This document shows, piece after piece, positions 12,852 through 26,500 of a stretch of DNA of 64,000 nucleotides. The position numbers and the translations under genes were made by a program. Position 1 is the first letter of the stretch. Every line of letters starts with the position of its first letter. The stretch is from Laetmonice hystrix. Its lineage: Eukaryota. The notes beneath the pieces were generated by a model. That model did no database searches. It had not been told where the DNA came from and saw nothing but the letters and a program-made list of their open reading frames with translations. The stretch spans positions 9,424,001 to 9,488,000 of the forward strand of contig OZ249447.1 in assembly GCA_965235115.1 (NCBI GenBank). The letters run 5' to 3'.

Positions 12852-15800
12852 TTAGGGAGTTGGTTTTGCTTTGAATGGTTCCAGTTCTTCAGTTTGCAGG
12901 GCCTGGTGTAACCTGTGCAACATGAGGTCAAGGTAGGTCACCCACCAGACTTCCCTGCCTTTACTTGTACTAAGTTGTAGATCCACATAAAAATGTACTT
13001 CACACATTACGGTACAACTACCAACTGATGTGAAATAAATGCCCTCACCCACCAGTAGCTACTTACTTGAATCAATCACCCTGCCCATCCCAGTGCTCCG
13101 GACTGGGTTCTATGCAATGGTGCATGTCAAGAACCCTTGGTACCTAGCTATTGAAAACCAGAGAGCCTTGTCCCAATGTCCCACTATATCATTCTGAAGG
13201 CCCGTTTATACTCCGTCACTAAATGTTTATGGTAGCAGCAATGTCCAGTGATCCGGCCGTCGGCCCACCGATTGCTGAGAGTTAAGTCTATGTGAACTTT
13301 GACCTCAGGTCAGGTGATGGTCGGCGGATGGACTATAAACCGGCCTTTATCATTTCCTCACAAATGGACTGAATATATGGAAACACTTGTTCTTGCCCTG
13401 AAGATGACCAATAGTTGTTCCAGACTGCACTTATCCAGGCATGAATAACATGATTAGATCCAATATGTATCCTCCACACACATACATACAACACTTGCAT
13501 AATGTTCCCCTGGGCATAATTTCCTTTGCTACATAATGTATTCATAAACTGAGTCCATAACTTGATATTCCTGTAGAACTGCAGGGCATTCATCTCAATT
13601 CTTCGGACAAAAAGGTAACAGTACAGGAGCATAATGACGCTTTCACTTCCAGATACCACATGAAATTTGTTTCAAACAGAAATACCTACACAATGCAGTC
13701 TTAGATTGCATGTACATGGCCACATAATTGTGAGGTTCCTCATGCCATACAGGTTCACATAATTGGCATGTCTTTGTATAGGGAGTTACATGCAGGTCAT
13801 ATGATAACGATTATGGATTGTGTTATCCTGGTTGGTTTAATTGTAGACGTAGTGTACTAACCTGAAGAGCCAATGTTGACAAACTGCTGCCACCATAAGG
13901 AAACCCACACAGCACTTGAATATCACAGCCATTGACAGATTCTGAAATTGTAAAATTTTATTGACAAGAAAATGTTCAGTGTCACCACCTAGGTTCCCAA
14001 GTATAAATGTAAATTACAAACAGAATTCAAACTAATGCATAATAACTTTTATATTTCTATTCTTGTTTCAAAGTGCTGGCTTTTTGCTTCCAATTCTGTG
14101 ACATAAGATATGCTTGGTGAGAACTTAAGCATTTAGATGAGTGGTACATGTACAGTTTATTTCCATATTTATGTATATAAAAGAGTTTTTTTGTTAAATG
14201 ACCATGAATCATGAGTTACCTGTGTAAGTATCACAACCACGATTAAGTTAAGTGGGACACGGAAGAAATTCATAATTGTAGCTCGAGCTGAAACACACGA
14301 ACACATTCATGACATTGACACAAAAAACAAACTTCATTATAAACCACCATTTCCAAATATTATAGTATTTTGTCATAGAAATTGTAAAATCAATATGAAC
14401 ATAATAATAACCACATCTTCAGACTGATACACACTTATATAAATGTACTTTACTGGGCTGGGCAAATATAAAGAATATCTGTGCCAATACTACGTTGCTA
14501 CTGTAAATATCTAAACTCTGCTATGCTTTGCTTCAAAACAAAACCAAAAACCGGATAACACCACGAGCTACAGATATTGTTTACAAATATGTAAAAATGT
14601 CACACTTACTGGCTTCAGGGACGTACTTTCCCCTCATGGTGCTCAGGGATGGCCAAAAGATGCCAACACAAGCCTCGAAGACAAGGAAGCCAGTGAAAAT
14701 CAACAACTGGTTCTGGTGAAGAAAAAACAAAAACCTTAAATCATCATCATTATTATCAACATCTTGTACCATAGTCATACCATATCAGGTCAAAAGATAT
14801 GGGAGATATTGAAAAGCTAGTATAAAATACTTAATTAATACAATATTAACATTCCAATCTTTTTGCCAGTGAGGGTCCTATGATCAGCATAGTTTTAAAA
14901 ATGAACAAAGTGTGGGTTCTGGTAAATGTCTATAGGGATTCCTAGAAACTTACCCCTGGGAAGATAATGGGTGTGATGAGGGCCAGGGCAGATACTAGTA
15001 ATACTGGCCTGTCACAAGACAAGATATTTGGTGAGACTAAAAACCAGAACATCAAAAGGCTGCCAAAATTACTATGATGGTTACAGTACTTTTAGAGTGT
15101 TATATTGGAATATGCTTAAAATATTCTTTGATGTTCATCAGTGTATTGTCAGTTATCAGCCATTCTTGGAAATTGTCTAACTTACCTCATAAAGGATTCT
15201 ATAGAGCTGTATTTTGACAAAATGTTGAATAATGATGCACCTATCATCACTGCTACCTGAAAGAGATATGAAGCAGAGTTAAATACTTTCATAGGATTTC
15301 ATTTTCACCATGAAAAAGGACCAATACTTTAAATTAACCTCTGCCAGTAATGGAATACAATGTAAGGTTCCTGTCAAAAAACCTTTTGATACGAACTGCA
15401 GACGTTATAATGGAATTTTAAATAATACAGGTTTCACCCAAATTTAACAATTATATGGCAATGACTGCATACTGAAAACCTAGGACAGAAATGTCCCAGC
15501 AAATACTCATTACGTATGAGGTTGTATCCCTTTCCCACATACACAACCTCACCATGAAAGCAGCAAATATATATCCATGTGGAATGGAGCCAATGTGGCC
15601 ATCATCCTCGGTTCCTGCCAGCAGATGTCTGGACCCAGCCACCTCTTGGACTGGCTGAATGGGGGTGAGGGCAGGAGTCCACTCCAGGACAAATGTATAC
15701 ATGGATCCCTCAAACAAAGACTGTATCAAACCAAGAGCCAAGATCTTTGGATCTGAGCAGGGGAAGAAAAGGAATTACCACTGTTAGAATTGAACGCACA

Positions 15801-18800
15801 GATTCAATCTCCTTTCTTTCAAAATCATAGAATAAATAATTACCAGTAATTTATATCTATCAATAACTTTCGATTTAAACTGTACCCTACATCAGTTTAA
15901 TGTTATCAGTAATGCCAGGACATTCTTCCATGACTGAATCTACTGATCCCAATTTTAATGGTTCATCATTTTTGAATTATTACAGTTTCCTTCACAACAT
16001 GTTGGTTAAAAGCTTTTAAAAACGGCTGCACTCATTTTTACATGCTCCATTGTATTTTCTCCTGAATCTCAATCTTTTATAGATTTGTTTCAGTGAGCCT
16101 TCAGCATTTTACCTTCTAAAACATTCTCTTTCTATGGATCACAAATTGTAATCATGGGTAATACGAATATTTCATTCATAACATACACTGATAACAAATC
16201 CTATTGAGTATATAGTTCTCTAGTAGTAGTACTAGTACTAGCCAATAACATGCACTTTCTGGTAGGTACAATTGTGTCTGGCCTGGGGCAATACAGTCAT
16301 CCAAATACAGCACAGAGTAACAGACTGCCGCTGGCACTTCCCACACCTGTAGCTCATTAGTCAAAGTCCCCTCACTGCTCTTCACCAGTATCCTGACTTC
16401 TATGGCATGCATAATTCATTCATTCCTTACAGCTAATATAGTTGACTTCTGGATAATGTATAATTTTGGTCTCATACAAAGATCTGTCTGACAGAAATCA
16501 ACAGATGACAGGGTTGTTCTCTAGGGTGTAGACAAAAAGTAAAAACTCATGTATTTGACAGGTCAGATTTACTCAATTTTACAGCAGAGTTTGGATACTT
16601 ACCATCCCGAATCGCTGACATTGCATTTTTAAGTGACTGGAGTGCTTTCACTGAGGAGTCTCCATAATTTTCACTCCAGGTGAAGACCAAGACAACGCAC
16701 ATCAAGGTCAGAATGGTCAGAGCAAGGTCAAATGGAGCCCTGGATACAAAACCCAACACATGTACTTCATAATTAACCTCTGGCTCTGAGAACCTTCTTT
16801 CTGTCAAACAAAATTTTCATTCATCAAAGTATTATGTATACTGAAGTGGACTAATGAAGTGCACAGAGAGGAACCACTCAAACAATTCACTGGATTTCTT
16901 ATTAAAGAAACTAAATCAGGTATGTATAACACTTTTCAGGAAGTTGAATATTAACTGACAACTTACACATAGCCAAAGTAATCTGCAAATTGTTGGGCAC
17001 AGAGCCCAGACAGGATGGCAATGATGGAGTTTCCAAGTACAGCATGAGCAAAGATTGTACCCAAATACTTGGAATCAAAACCACGCTGCAAATAAACACA
17101 GACATGTATTATGACAACACCAAATCCCGGCATTGAAGGGGGAAAGCTGCTCTGATGGACAATTTCTTACAAAACAAAACTGAACAATACGAGAAAAATA
17201 TTGTCTCTTTCTAAGTATAACCTCTCTAAGTCAAAGTCACTCATCAATAATTAGTTAGTTCTCTGCTAAATACAGCAGTCAGCTCACCTTATTGTGTTCA
17301 TATATAAGCCAGGATTCAAAGGCACTGTAAAGTATGGAGGTTGCCACCCCTCCCAGCAGACGGCCTAGCATCAGTACCCAGAAGTTATTGAAATGCTGCA
17401 GCAAACAATTCAAATACTTAACATGTAAACACAGAAAAACTTTCACCTTCGAAACAGTTTCTTCCAGCTTTTTCAAGCACAATAATAGTACAGTACTCAG
17501 CCTCTCGGATTATATTATATTATAATCTCATGGAGACTTTTCCCTCTAGTCTCATATACTCCTACAGATACAACAGGGACAAAAATAATGCCAGCCTTTA
17601 CTACAGGGGGGCAGAGGAGACCCTCCCAAAAATCAGGTACATCCCCACTTTTTTTTTGCTACTTTGCATAAGAAAATAAATCTCTGCAGCTGAACATTCA
17701 CGATTCAGAGCCAGAGTTAAAGTCCTGGGGTATTCAGCAGTTATGGCTTAAGTAATCTACATAATTCCTTAAACGTTATAGCAAAGATTATTGAATACCT
17801 TTTTTGGCTTTCATAATATCAGGGCAAACTTCAAAAGGGAGTTAGTGCCAAAAGTCCAACTCGAGTCAATGAAGCGTCTCACCTTTGTGATGCATGACAT
17901 ACCATAGAGAATGCCATACAATATGCAGTTGTTACGGCGACCACTGCAACACAAGTAAACAAAAACGCTCTTAGGTTCTGTCACACTACCAAGCTTTCAT
18001 TTGCAAATTTTTCATACCGGACATCATAAATACACCTAAATTCTGTCTTGGAATTTGGGACCTGCTAAGGTGTGGCCCTTACATTTTATAAAGTTTGCCA
18101 AATTATGTTCTGAATTATACTGACTGTTATCAAGAGAAAGGTCAAACTCTGTATACAATGAGATTAGACATGCATTGATGTACTGGAGGCCCAAATTCTC
18201 CACTTTTGAGTTAAAGGGCCTCAGGTCAGCTCTTTCAATACATGCTTTCATAAAATCTATATGGGTGTAGCTTGTACTGACAACGTGGACAGCTGCATAA
18301 CACTGAAATAACTACATGTATGTACACTGCTGACTATTGAGCAAACAAAGATAGCACGAGGGGGCCTGGCTGCCAGTGCTGATGGTTGGCACTGGACGTA
18401 TGATAGTCAGTGCTCTATATATCTGTTGAACTGTGAAAGATCTAACATTTTTACCCAAGTCTAAACTTGAATGAAAACTAGCAACACCTTGGACAAAGCA
18501 TTCCAAGGCATACATCTTAGATCTGACTAACACTTTAACTTTCACTACCACAAAATTGTCATAGACGATTGGGCTTGTCATTGACAAATAGGCAAAGAGA
18601 TAAATCAATTCACCCTATTGCTGCTTAGTTCTTTGCCCCCCAAAAAAGTCAACATCACTGTGCAGTATCTGAGGCCTGGAAGTTCATGGATATATCTATA
18701 CTGACAATTCTTCCCACAGAACAGGTCACAGACATTCTGTACAGAAATTCAAAATACTCACATAATACAAGTGCCCTGAGGCCATACTGGTTTAGCTCTT

Positions 18801-21657
18801 TCTTTCTAAGATTCTTGTCAACCCCTAAAGCTAAAGGACAGACGATGCCTAAGCCTAAGGCCTTTTCCACTCAGTGCATCACACACAAAAATGGTAGGAG
18901 TGCTAACATTCACACTCTTAAACTAGCAAGGAGTGTGAATAGCACTCCTTAAAATCATACTCCTAAAATTGACTAGGAGCTCTGTTAATATGACAACATT
19001 GGTGACCTGAACAGCAAAGAATGTAAATGCAGTTTGTACCACATAAAATAACTAAGCTTTTGTTTATAAATCATTTACCTCTTCATATGCCTCTTTACAT
19101 TCCATTTTCTAAATTCAAGATGTAAAATTCAAACACATGTAAAGGCCGCAGCACACTAGCCGATTATTTATCGTGACCGTGCAAGATTATATGTCGGGGC
19201 AGATCGGCCGACATTTCGTCTTTACCGCACACAGCCCGACAATTCGTCTAGGGTGTGTTACAGATGTGTACCGTTGGGAATAAATGCTTAGTTTTTCTGA
19301 CCTCGAGTGCTTCAAAACGCACTCGCGGTGGGAATAATAAATCAATTTACTTGAAAATTGTTGCATAAGAAACTAGAGATATAAGGCTTTTGTCCAGTAT
19401 GGAATTTAATAAATAGATTTAAGGATTCTTTTTCGTATGACCATTTGTAAACCATCAAAAAGTAAAAAAAAAACCTATAAAAACTTGTGATCTTTCTACC
19501 TATAGCAGCACTTGCCATGCAAAATCTGTCGCGACAACCTATACAAAAAAGTACTCAGAAGTATTCCCCACATCATAAGGTCTCCATAGATGTCTTTCTT
19601 TTAGCAAGAAGGTTATAGTTATTAATACAGCGAGCTTTGTTTGGAAATGTTAAAAGTGCCCAAAACTTTTTGGACAGGGGGCGATATAGACACGTGATCG
19701 AAAGCTTCCTTGCTATTGGTCAGGACGTTTGCATCCTCCGATATTTTATCAACACTGAGCGCACACTGACGACGTTCTGACGTGCCGACGTTTTGAAATC
19801 AAGCAGTGCCAGATAAGTCCCGACAACTCCTGATCTTGTCGGCGACATATCAGGAACAGCCGCACACCACGTGTGTTTTCGTCGGCAAGTTGTTGGCCGT
19901 CAAATAATCGGCTAGTGTGCTGCGGCCTTTAGTGTAGACACTCTGTAAGGAAGGCCTCTCCATTAAGTACACTAACTTAAATCCCAAATCAGTCAAATCT
20001 CTTCCTAATACCTCTCAATTAAAGATAACACAACTGACCCCAGTGAGTCCCAAAGGTGGCCTTAAGGCCGGTTTATAGTCCGTTGGCCGACCATCAGCTG
20101 ATCATTGCTAAACGTTTATAGTTGCAGTAATCCAGCCGTCGGCCGACCGATCGCTGAGAGTTAAGTCTACGTGAACTTTGACCTGACCTCGAGCGATGGT
20201 CGGCCAACGGACTATAAACCGGCCTTTAGGGAGTGCAGTTTTTCATCCTCCCAAAATTGATTTTGGGAGTGCTAAGGGGTGCGAGTGCGATCGTGCTCCT
20301 TAAACATAATGCACTGCACTGGGTATTGGATAATGCTTCAAATGGGGCATTATTTCCCTCTTGTTTCCTGAAAGTGAAGGTAAACTGGCAAAAAGGTCTT
20401 AATACACATTTGTATGATACTTAGAGCAGTCCTTACAGTCAGAAGCACAGGAAAACAACAACCAGATGGTCATAAATAAGAGTTTCTCCATACTTTCTGC
20501 ACATTAACATAATTTTACCTTTCCTTTCATGGACCCCAGTTAACCCCAGGTGCTGTTCTCACATTGGAGTTCTATGCACCTTCATGAGTGATAGTTTGAA
20601 GGAACTGAAAATATGGGAAATTAAGTCTGGCAGTGCTGGCAATGGAATGGAATGGAATAGAAATGACTCGGGGACCGTCTCATGATGGAAAACTTTCAGC
20701 CATGCACCTGGCTATGACTAGGAAGCATGATTGGAAGTAATAGTCCAGTACTTACTATTTATCAGCAAATGACCCGACAACGGTACCAAAAACCATGCTT
20801 GATCCAAACCCAGCAACAAACAGGACTTCTATTTCATGAGTTGTCATTCCGTAGTGTGCATATAGGGCATACACATATGGTCCCTGGAGCCAATCTCCAG
20901 CTGAAAATAATTACAAAAGAAAGATGACACATAAGGCCAATTAATACCAATTAAATTGACATATTACCCTGCCTTCCTGAACTCCTGGGGGAGGCACATC
21001 TATACAGACCTGTACAGTACCATAATACATTTTTAAAACGTTTCACTCATTAGTCATGGAATAATCATGGTATATAAAAATATAAAGCTAGAGAAGTTCT
21101 TCACTTGACTGTAATATGGGGTGTAAAAATGGTTGAGTTGGGGGAGTTGGTTAAAAATATTCTGAAACAGGGGGGGGGGGGAAAGAGTCCATCATGAGCG
21201 CCGAAGGCACAAAGTGTGCAAGTGCCAAAGGCGCAAAGCGTAGCTACAGGGTTTGGGGGCAAGCTCCCCCAGGAAAATTGTGAAATTTCAGGTTATTTTG
21301 GTGACATTTGGCATTTTTAATTTAGCAGACAAAATAAGATAGGCCTATATGATTAAAAATGTGGTGGGGGAGGCCAAAAGATACTCTCTCTGGCCCCCTC
21401 CACATTCCAAAGTGTGGGGGAGGGGGGCATGGCCGCCCCCGTCCACCTTCCTACGCCCTTGCTTAGTACAACTCTCCCTTGAAACTACTACACAGTCTAC
21501 CGGTCTTACCCATTGCCATCACATAGACGACTAAGTAGGTCCATTGGAAACTCCTGAAGTTGGTGTCTGTGCTGGTTTCCACCTTCTGTCGCGTGTAGAG
21601 ATACAGCAGGGCGCAAAGCACTACTAAAATCCAAAACCCCGTTATGAAAACACTCAT
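12852..21657 (-). CDS. MFSD5: MFSD5 / molybdate-anion transporter-like MFS protein, 13 coding exons, ~451 aa
   Basis: Exons (minus strand): 21657-21510, 20900-20756, 17943-17883, 17395-17288, 17085-16967, 16739-16603, 15752-15553, 15256-15186, 15008-14954, 14712-14610, 14287-14220, 13941-13862, 12912-12852. All introns GT-AG with consistent phases. Family motifs: DWLQGPYVYALY, GRLLGGVATSILYSAFESW, WSENYG, QSLFEGSMYTFVLEWTP, TIMNFFRVPLN. The last exon is the least certain. Confidence 0.93.
13198..13346. mobile_element. Harbinger-type MITE, same family as 20065-20225
   Basis: AGGCCCGTTTATA ... GGACTATAAACCGGCCT; shares GCTGAGAGTTAAGTCTA-GTGAACTTTGACCT with 20065-20225. Lies in the last MFSD5 intron. 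Confidence 0.75.
19140..19931. mobile_element. Non-autonomous DNA transposon (~790 bp) with 30 bp perfect inverted ends, in MFSD5 intron 2
   Basis: TAAAGGCCGCAGCACACTAGCCGATTATTT / AAATAATCGGCTAGTGTGCTGCGGCCTTTA. Internal ~19286-19669 is homologous to ~33062-33443. Confidence 0.85.
20065..20225. mobile_element. PIF/Harbinger-type MITE (161 bp)
   Basis: TTA|AGGCCGGTTTATAGTCCGTTGGCCGACCATC ... GATGGTCGGCCAACGGACTATAAACCGGCCT|TTA: 31 bp perfect TIR and TTA TSD. Confidence 0.88.
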
Positions 21658-23000
21658 TTTGACCTTCGGTATGACACTGTTGTGCGGTTGGTTGAGATCT
21701 ATAGGCAATTTAGGCGTTGTCTCAGGGTCCACTACTCGTTCCTGTCCTCATCGACTTCGTGCGGCTTCCACAGGAAGTAACGCCTTCCACCAGTGCTGCC
21801 ATCTGGTGATACCAGTATGACCACCAGGTGGCGCAGCTAGTGGTTCGGTAATCAGCCATTTGGCGTCATGCCATGCGGCTCCGCCACGTGCATAAAGGAA
21901 GGTGCAAGAGCGCTCAATCTATTGATCAAATTAAGCCAAGCTATAGCAGGCCCGTAATCAGCTCTGTGGTGTAGGCAGAACCACTGAGATAAGGGGGGGG
22001 GGGAGGGGGGGGGGGGAGCTAGGTCCCAAACGTAATACTAATTAGGCTATTTTAGTAATTCATAGGCCCTACAGTTATCTTTTTTGGGTGGGGGGTGGGG
22101 GGTGGGGGGGGGGTGGGGTTCCGGGCAACCCGAACCCCCCCCCCTGGCTATACCCTTGCGTAATTTCCATCAAATTATCCGTGGAGGGGCTATAGATTTT
22201 CCCCTTGAATGATCAGGAGGCTATAGTATGTTCTCCCCAGTAAAATAGGCAAATTATTAGGCACCACTGAAAATACTGGGGGGGGGGGGCTTAACCCCCC
22301 TAGCCCCCCCTCCCGAAATAAATTAAGGCCCTGTAGCCTACCCCCCTCCCTGTAGCAGACGACAAGATAATCACAAGACTGTCAAGAGCATGGCACAAAA
22401 AGAGTGAGCGTCCCTAGTCCAGTGAATCGTAGACATCACATAGCAGAAGACAGCCCCACGTGCATACGGACGTCAGCCTGAATTTTTAATGCACGCGTTT
22501 GTCACGTTTGACATTACGACCTCAGTAAAAATGGCCGGAGCAGAGAAGGTACAGAAGGTACTGGTACTACCGCTAAAGATCGCGATTGTGAGAGTATTTG
22601 GAGCATTTGGAGAGTATTTGGTCAGTATCTTTCGTAAATCTCTCTCAAGACCAAATACTCTCCAAATGCTCCACCAGGGCAGTGCGGGAAGAGGAGACCC
22701 TCTGCTGAGAGTTCGGTCAGCGGCTTCCTCTTCCGGTGCTGCATTGCTGGCTCAGTGTGTGCTGTCAGACCTGTGTTGACGGAGGACTACCGAACTCATG
22801 AGGTGGATTAGTAGGGCTGTGTCGATTTATAGTTCTTACCCGCACATTTCGTGTAGATGTTACCATAGAACTAGTTCTATGATGCAACCGCAGTCGAGAT
22901 CTACCCGTGTATATTATAGTCTATAGTCAGATGTAAAAAGAGCATATTGATAGTGATAGGCTATAAGCATAAGGCCTAAATTTTGCGGAATATTAAGCGA

Positions 23001-23152
23001 TTTTAGCATTGCAACCGCACGGTGCATTGTGGGATGGGTGGTGTGTTTTGGCTACCAAACAAGCCACGTGCTCTCGCAGCTACCCCTGAGTATCCAACGA
23101 ACCATGACTCGCACGGCTACCAAACAAACCATGCGCACTCGCAATGCTAAAA
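23001..23152. repeat. Small element with 12 bp inverted ends and an internal direct repeat
   Basis: TTTTAGCATTGC / GCAATGCTAAAA; GGCTACCAAACAA-CCA-G-GC-CTCGCA at ~23050 and ~23115. Confidence 0.55.
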
Positions 23153-23277
23153 CAATCCTAAGCTTGATAAAAAGTATTTGGGGAGGGGTTGCCATGCTTT
23201 GTAATTTCGTTAGTCGTCAGTAAAAAGTGCACTGGACGAAATTTTGTAGGTTCACGGTTGCAACCCTGGTTGATTAT

Positions 23278-23343
23278 CGGTAGTCTGCGGTAGTCTGCGG
23301 TAGTCTGCGGTAGTGATCGGTGTACCTCGGTAGTACTCGGTAG
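23278..23343. repeat. Decamer minisatellite upstream of EFL1
   Basis: Three perfect TAGTCTGCGG units (23281-23310) followed by three degenerate 10-mers. Confidence 0.85.
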
Positions 23344-23523
23344 AAAGGGTCACCGTGTCCGGGTAAATGGCGCCCATGTGGACGGCGGCGTGGTGCAACT
23401 TGCGTGGTGGATTGAAAGGGAAGGAAGTGCCAAGGGAGCTATATTTTAGCAGCTAAAGCCTGTGAGTTTTACAGCTCCGAGGGGAGCAGTTTTCGAGGAA
23501 GATAGTATCCGAACATTGACACT

Positions 23524-26500
23524 ATGAGGACAAGCATACAACAGTTGGCCGCCTTACAGAGGTTCCCAGCTAACATACGGAACATCTGTATTTTGGCCCA
23601 TGTTGATCATGGTAAAACAACACTGGCTGATGCACTGGTGGCGAGTAATGGAATCATTTCAAAACGCATGGCTGGCAAGCTTCGTTACCTGGATAATCGT
23701 GATGATGAGCAACTCAGAGGGATTACCATGAAGTCTTCGGCTATTTCTCTGCAATACATTAATAAAGATGAGAATGAGTACCTGGTGAACTTGATTGACA
23801 CTCCTGGACATATTGACTTCTCTAGTGAGGTTTCCACTGCAGTCAGACTCTGTGATGGGGCTGTTATCCTTGTTGATGTTGTTGAGGGAGTGTGTCCACA
23901 GACAGTTGTTATGCTTCGTCAGGCCTGGTTGGAGGACCTACACCCTGTCCTAGTACTTAACAAGATTGATCGACTCGTATGTGAGTGGAAGATGTCTCCA
24001 ACAGAAGCTCACATCCACCTTGCCCAGGTACTTGAACAAGTCAATGCTGTCACTGGAGAACTTTTTGCATCAGAAGTAATGAAGAATGCAAGTTGGGGTC
24101 CAGAACACAGTGCTGGTCAAGCTACTGAAAATACCATTTATGACTGGAGCAGTGGACTGGACGACGCTGACGATTCCAACATCTACTTCAGTCCAGATGA
24201 AGGCAATGTCGTTTTTGCCAGCACCCTTGATGGATGGGGATTTGGAGTAGAACATTTTGCAGTACAGTGGGCAGACAAACTCGGAATTGATGCAGGAGTT
24301 TTAAAGAAAACACTTTGGGGAGATTTCTACTGGGAATCCAAGACAAAACAAATAAGGAAAGGAGCCCAAGCCAAGGGTAGAAAGGCACTCTTTGTACAAC
24401 TTGTGCTTGAGCAAGTGTGGGCTGTCTATGAAGCTGTCATATCCAGGAATAAGGAAAAAGTTGAGAAGATAGTGAAAACATTGAAACTGAAGATTTTGGA
24501 GCGAGATTATCGTCAGAATGATCCTCGAGTGCTAATACAGGCTGTGTGCACACAGTGGCTCCCACTCTCTCAAGCTGTGTTAGAAATGGTCGTTTTGAAG
24601 CTTCCAAGCCCTTTAAACATCAGTTTGGATCGTGCGAAGAAACTGCTGTGCCCTGCCACAAAACGTTTTTCTTCACTTGAGTCTCAAACTCAAGGACTAA
24701 AAGACAATATTTTAGCATGCAGTCCATCAGCTGAGTCTCCAGTCGTTGTTCTTGTGTCAAAGATGTTGCCAATTTCAAAGTCTCTTTTGCCTGGCAATAG
24801 ACGAAGAATATTATCTCCAGAGGAACTGGCAGTACGGCATGAAGCTGCACGGGCTAGGAATGCGGAAAGGATGTCAGGCAGGAGTTTGACTTCAAACAGT
24901 GGTGAAACTGAGCTAAAACCATTCAAAGCTGCAGAAGATGTGAAATCCACAGAAGAACCAGCAAACAGCTCTGATGAGACTTTTGTAGCATTTGCACGTG
25001 TGTTCAGTGGTACAGTTCGAAAGGGTCAGAAACTGTATGTGTTGGGATCTAAACATGACCCAGCCAAGGCACTCAAGTTGATTGCTGAAAGTGTGGAACC
25101 TGGTAGCCCAAAGACAGTTCAACAACTGAGCGACTACAACCACATGACTGTGGCTACTATTGACAGTGTTTTCCTCTTCATGGGTCGAGAGCTTGAAATG
25201 CTTGAGGAGATACCAGCTGGAAATATAGTTGGACTTGGAGGCTTGGAAGAGCATGTCCTCAAATCGGCAACTTTATCCAGCACAGTAGCTTGCCCGTCAT
25301 TCACAGGCATGCGCCTTGAAGCAACTCCAATTGTAAGAGTAGCTATAGAGCCAAAGAAAGCAGAGAACATGAGTGCAATAATAACAGGTATGCGACTGCT
25401 GAACCAGAGTGACCCAAGCGTTGAGGTGTTGGTACAGGAAAATGGCCAACATGTTATCATTGCCACTGGAGAAGTACATCTACAAAAGTGTATTGATGAT
25501 CTACAGAATCAGTTTGCCAAAGTGGAAATAAAGCAGTCATCACCGATTGTGCCATTTCGTGAAACAATCATACTGCCTGAGAAGACAGCCAAAGTGAATG
25601 AATTCAATTCAACCACAGTAACAATGAAGGGCGAGCTACAAGAGGATGGGAGAGAAAATATTAAAGCGAAAGATCAGGGCACCATCAGCCTCACCACACC
25701 AAATCAAGCATGCAGCATTAGTGTCCTTGCCTTGCCATTACCAGAAACGGTTGTGAGTCTATTGGAGGAGAACAAGGACATGATTAAATCTCTTGTCCAA
25801 CATACCTCTGCACTTGTGGCAGGAAACAATGAACTTCAGCAAGATCACCTGAATGAGGAGACTGTTGCAGAAATCCTTGAGTTACGACATAAGCTCGATA
25901 AGGCATTCAGTTCTGCAGGTCCCCAGTGGGAAGGAGCTGTAGAGCAGATATGGGCTTTTGGCCCTCGAGGAAAAGGGCCAAATCTATTGTTAAATCAGAT
26001 CAAAGACTATGAACGGCCAAACATGTGGGATTGTCTTGAAGAAAACAAAAATGAGAAAAGTCTTAATTTGAGAGATTTCGACAGTAGTGTTGTGAGTGGC
26101 TTTCAAATGGCCACCCAGTCAGGACCTTTATGTGAAGAGCCAATGCGGGGAGTTGCATTTATTGTAGAAGACTGGAGAATCCTTCAGGTATCAGACTCTA
26201 ATGAAAAAACATTAGGTCAAAATGCAGAATGTCAAGATGAAAGTCAAGGAATGCCTGATGTCCAGAACCTTCTACTGTGTGATAATAAATCTAAGCAAGG
26301 TTCTGAGTCCGAATGTTTTAAGATGGGAGTGGCTGGGAAACAAGGAAGCCCTTTCTCCAGTGAAGAAGCAACAGCTTGTGCAAGAGAGCAAAAGGTAGCA
26401 GGAACTGTAGAAGACAAGACAGCCAGTATTTCTTCTAAGTTAAACATTCACGGCCCTCTTAGTGGCCAGCTCATGTCTATAATGAAGGATGCATGCAGAC

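Larger units (their letters stand above)
21658..23523. promoter_or_regulatory. Head-to-head intergenic/promoter region of MFSD5 and EFL1
   Basis: 1.87 kb between divergent start codons, visibly CpG-richer than either gene body. Contains ETS-like CAGGAAGT (~21771) and CTTCCGG (~22730), YY1-like AAAATGGCCG (~22527) and AAATGGCG (~23365), and CTCF-like motifs at 21791-21836. Motif calls are consensus matches only. Confidence 0.55.

Noticed and set aside
21100-22350. G/C-run-rich segments in MFSD5 intron 1 and upstream (potential G-quadruplexes)
   Set aside because: They look like degenerate ends of common GC-rich MITEs; boundaries and TSDs could not be defined and homopolymer lengths are error-prone.
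22489-22779. 96 aa ORF in the MFSD5-EFL1 intergenic region, with AAAATGGCC context
   Set aside because: No recognisable domain, it runs through a perfect hairpin, and AAAATGGCCG is equally explained as a YY1-type promoter motif.
23278-23343. Short regular repeats as a CRISPR-like array
   Set aside because: Contiguous 10-mers without unique spacers in a eukaryotic context; this is a minisatellite.
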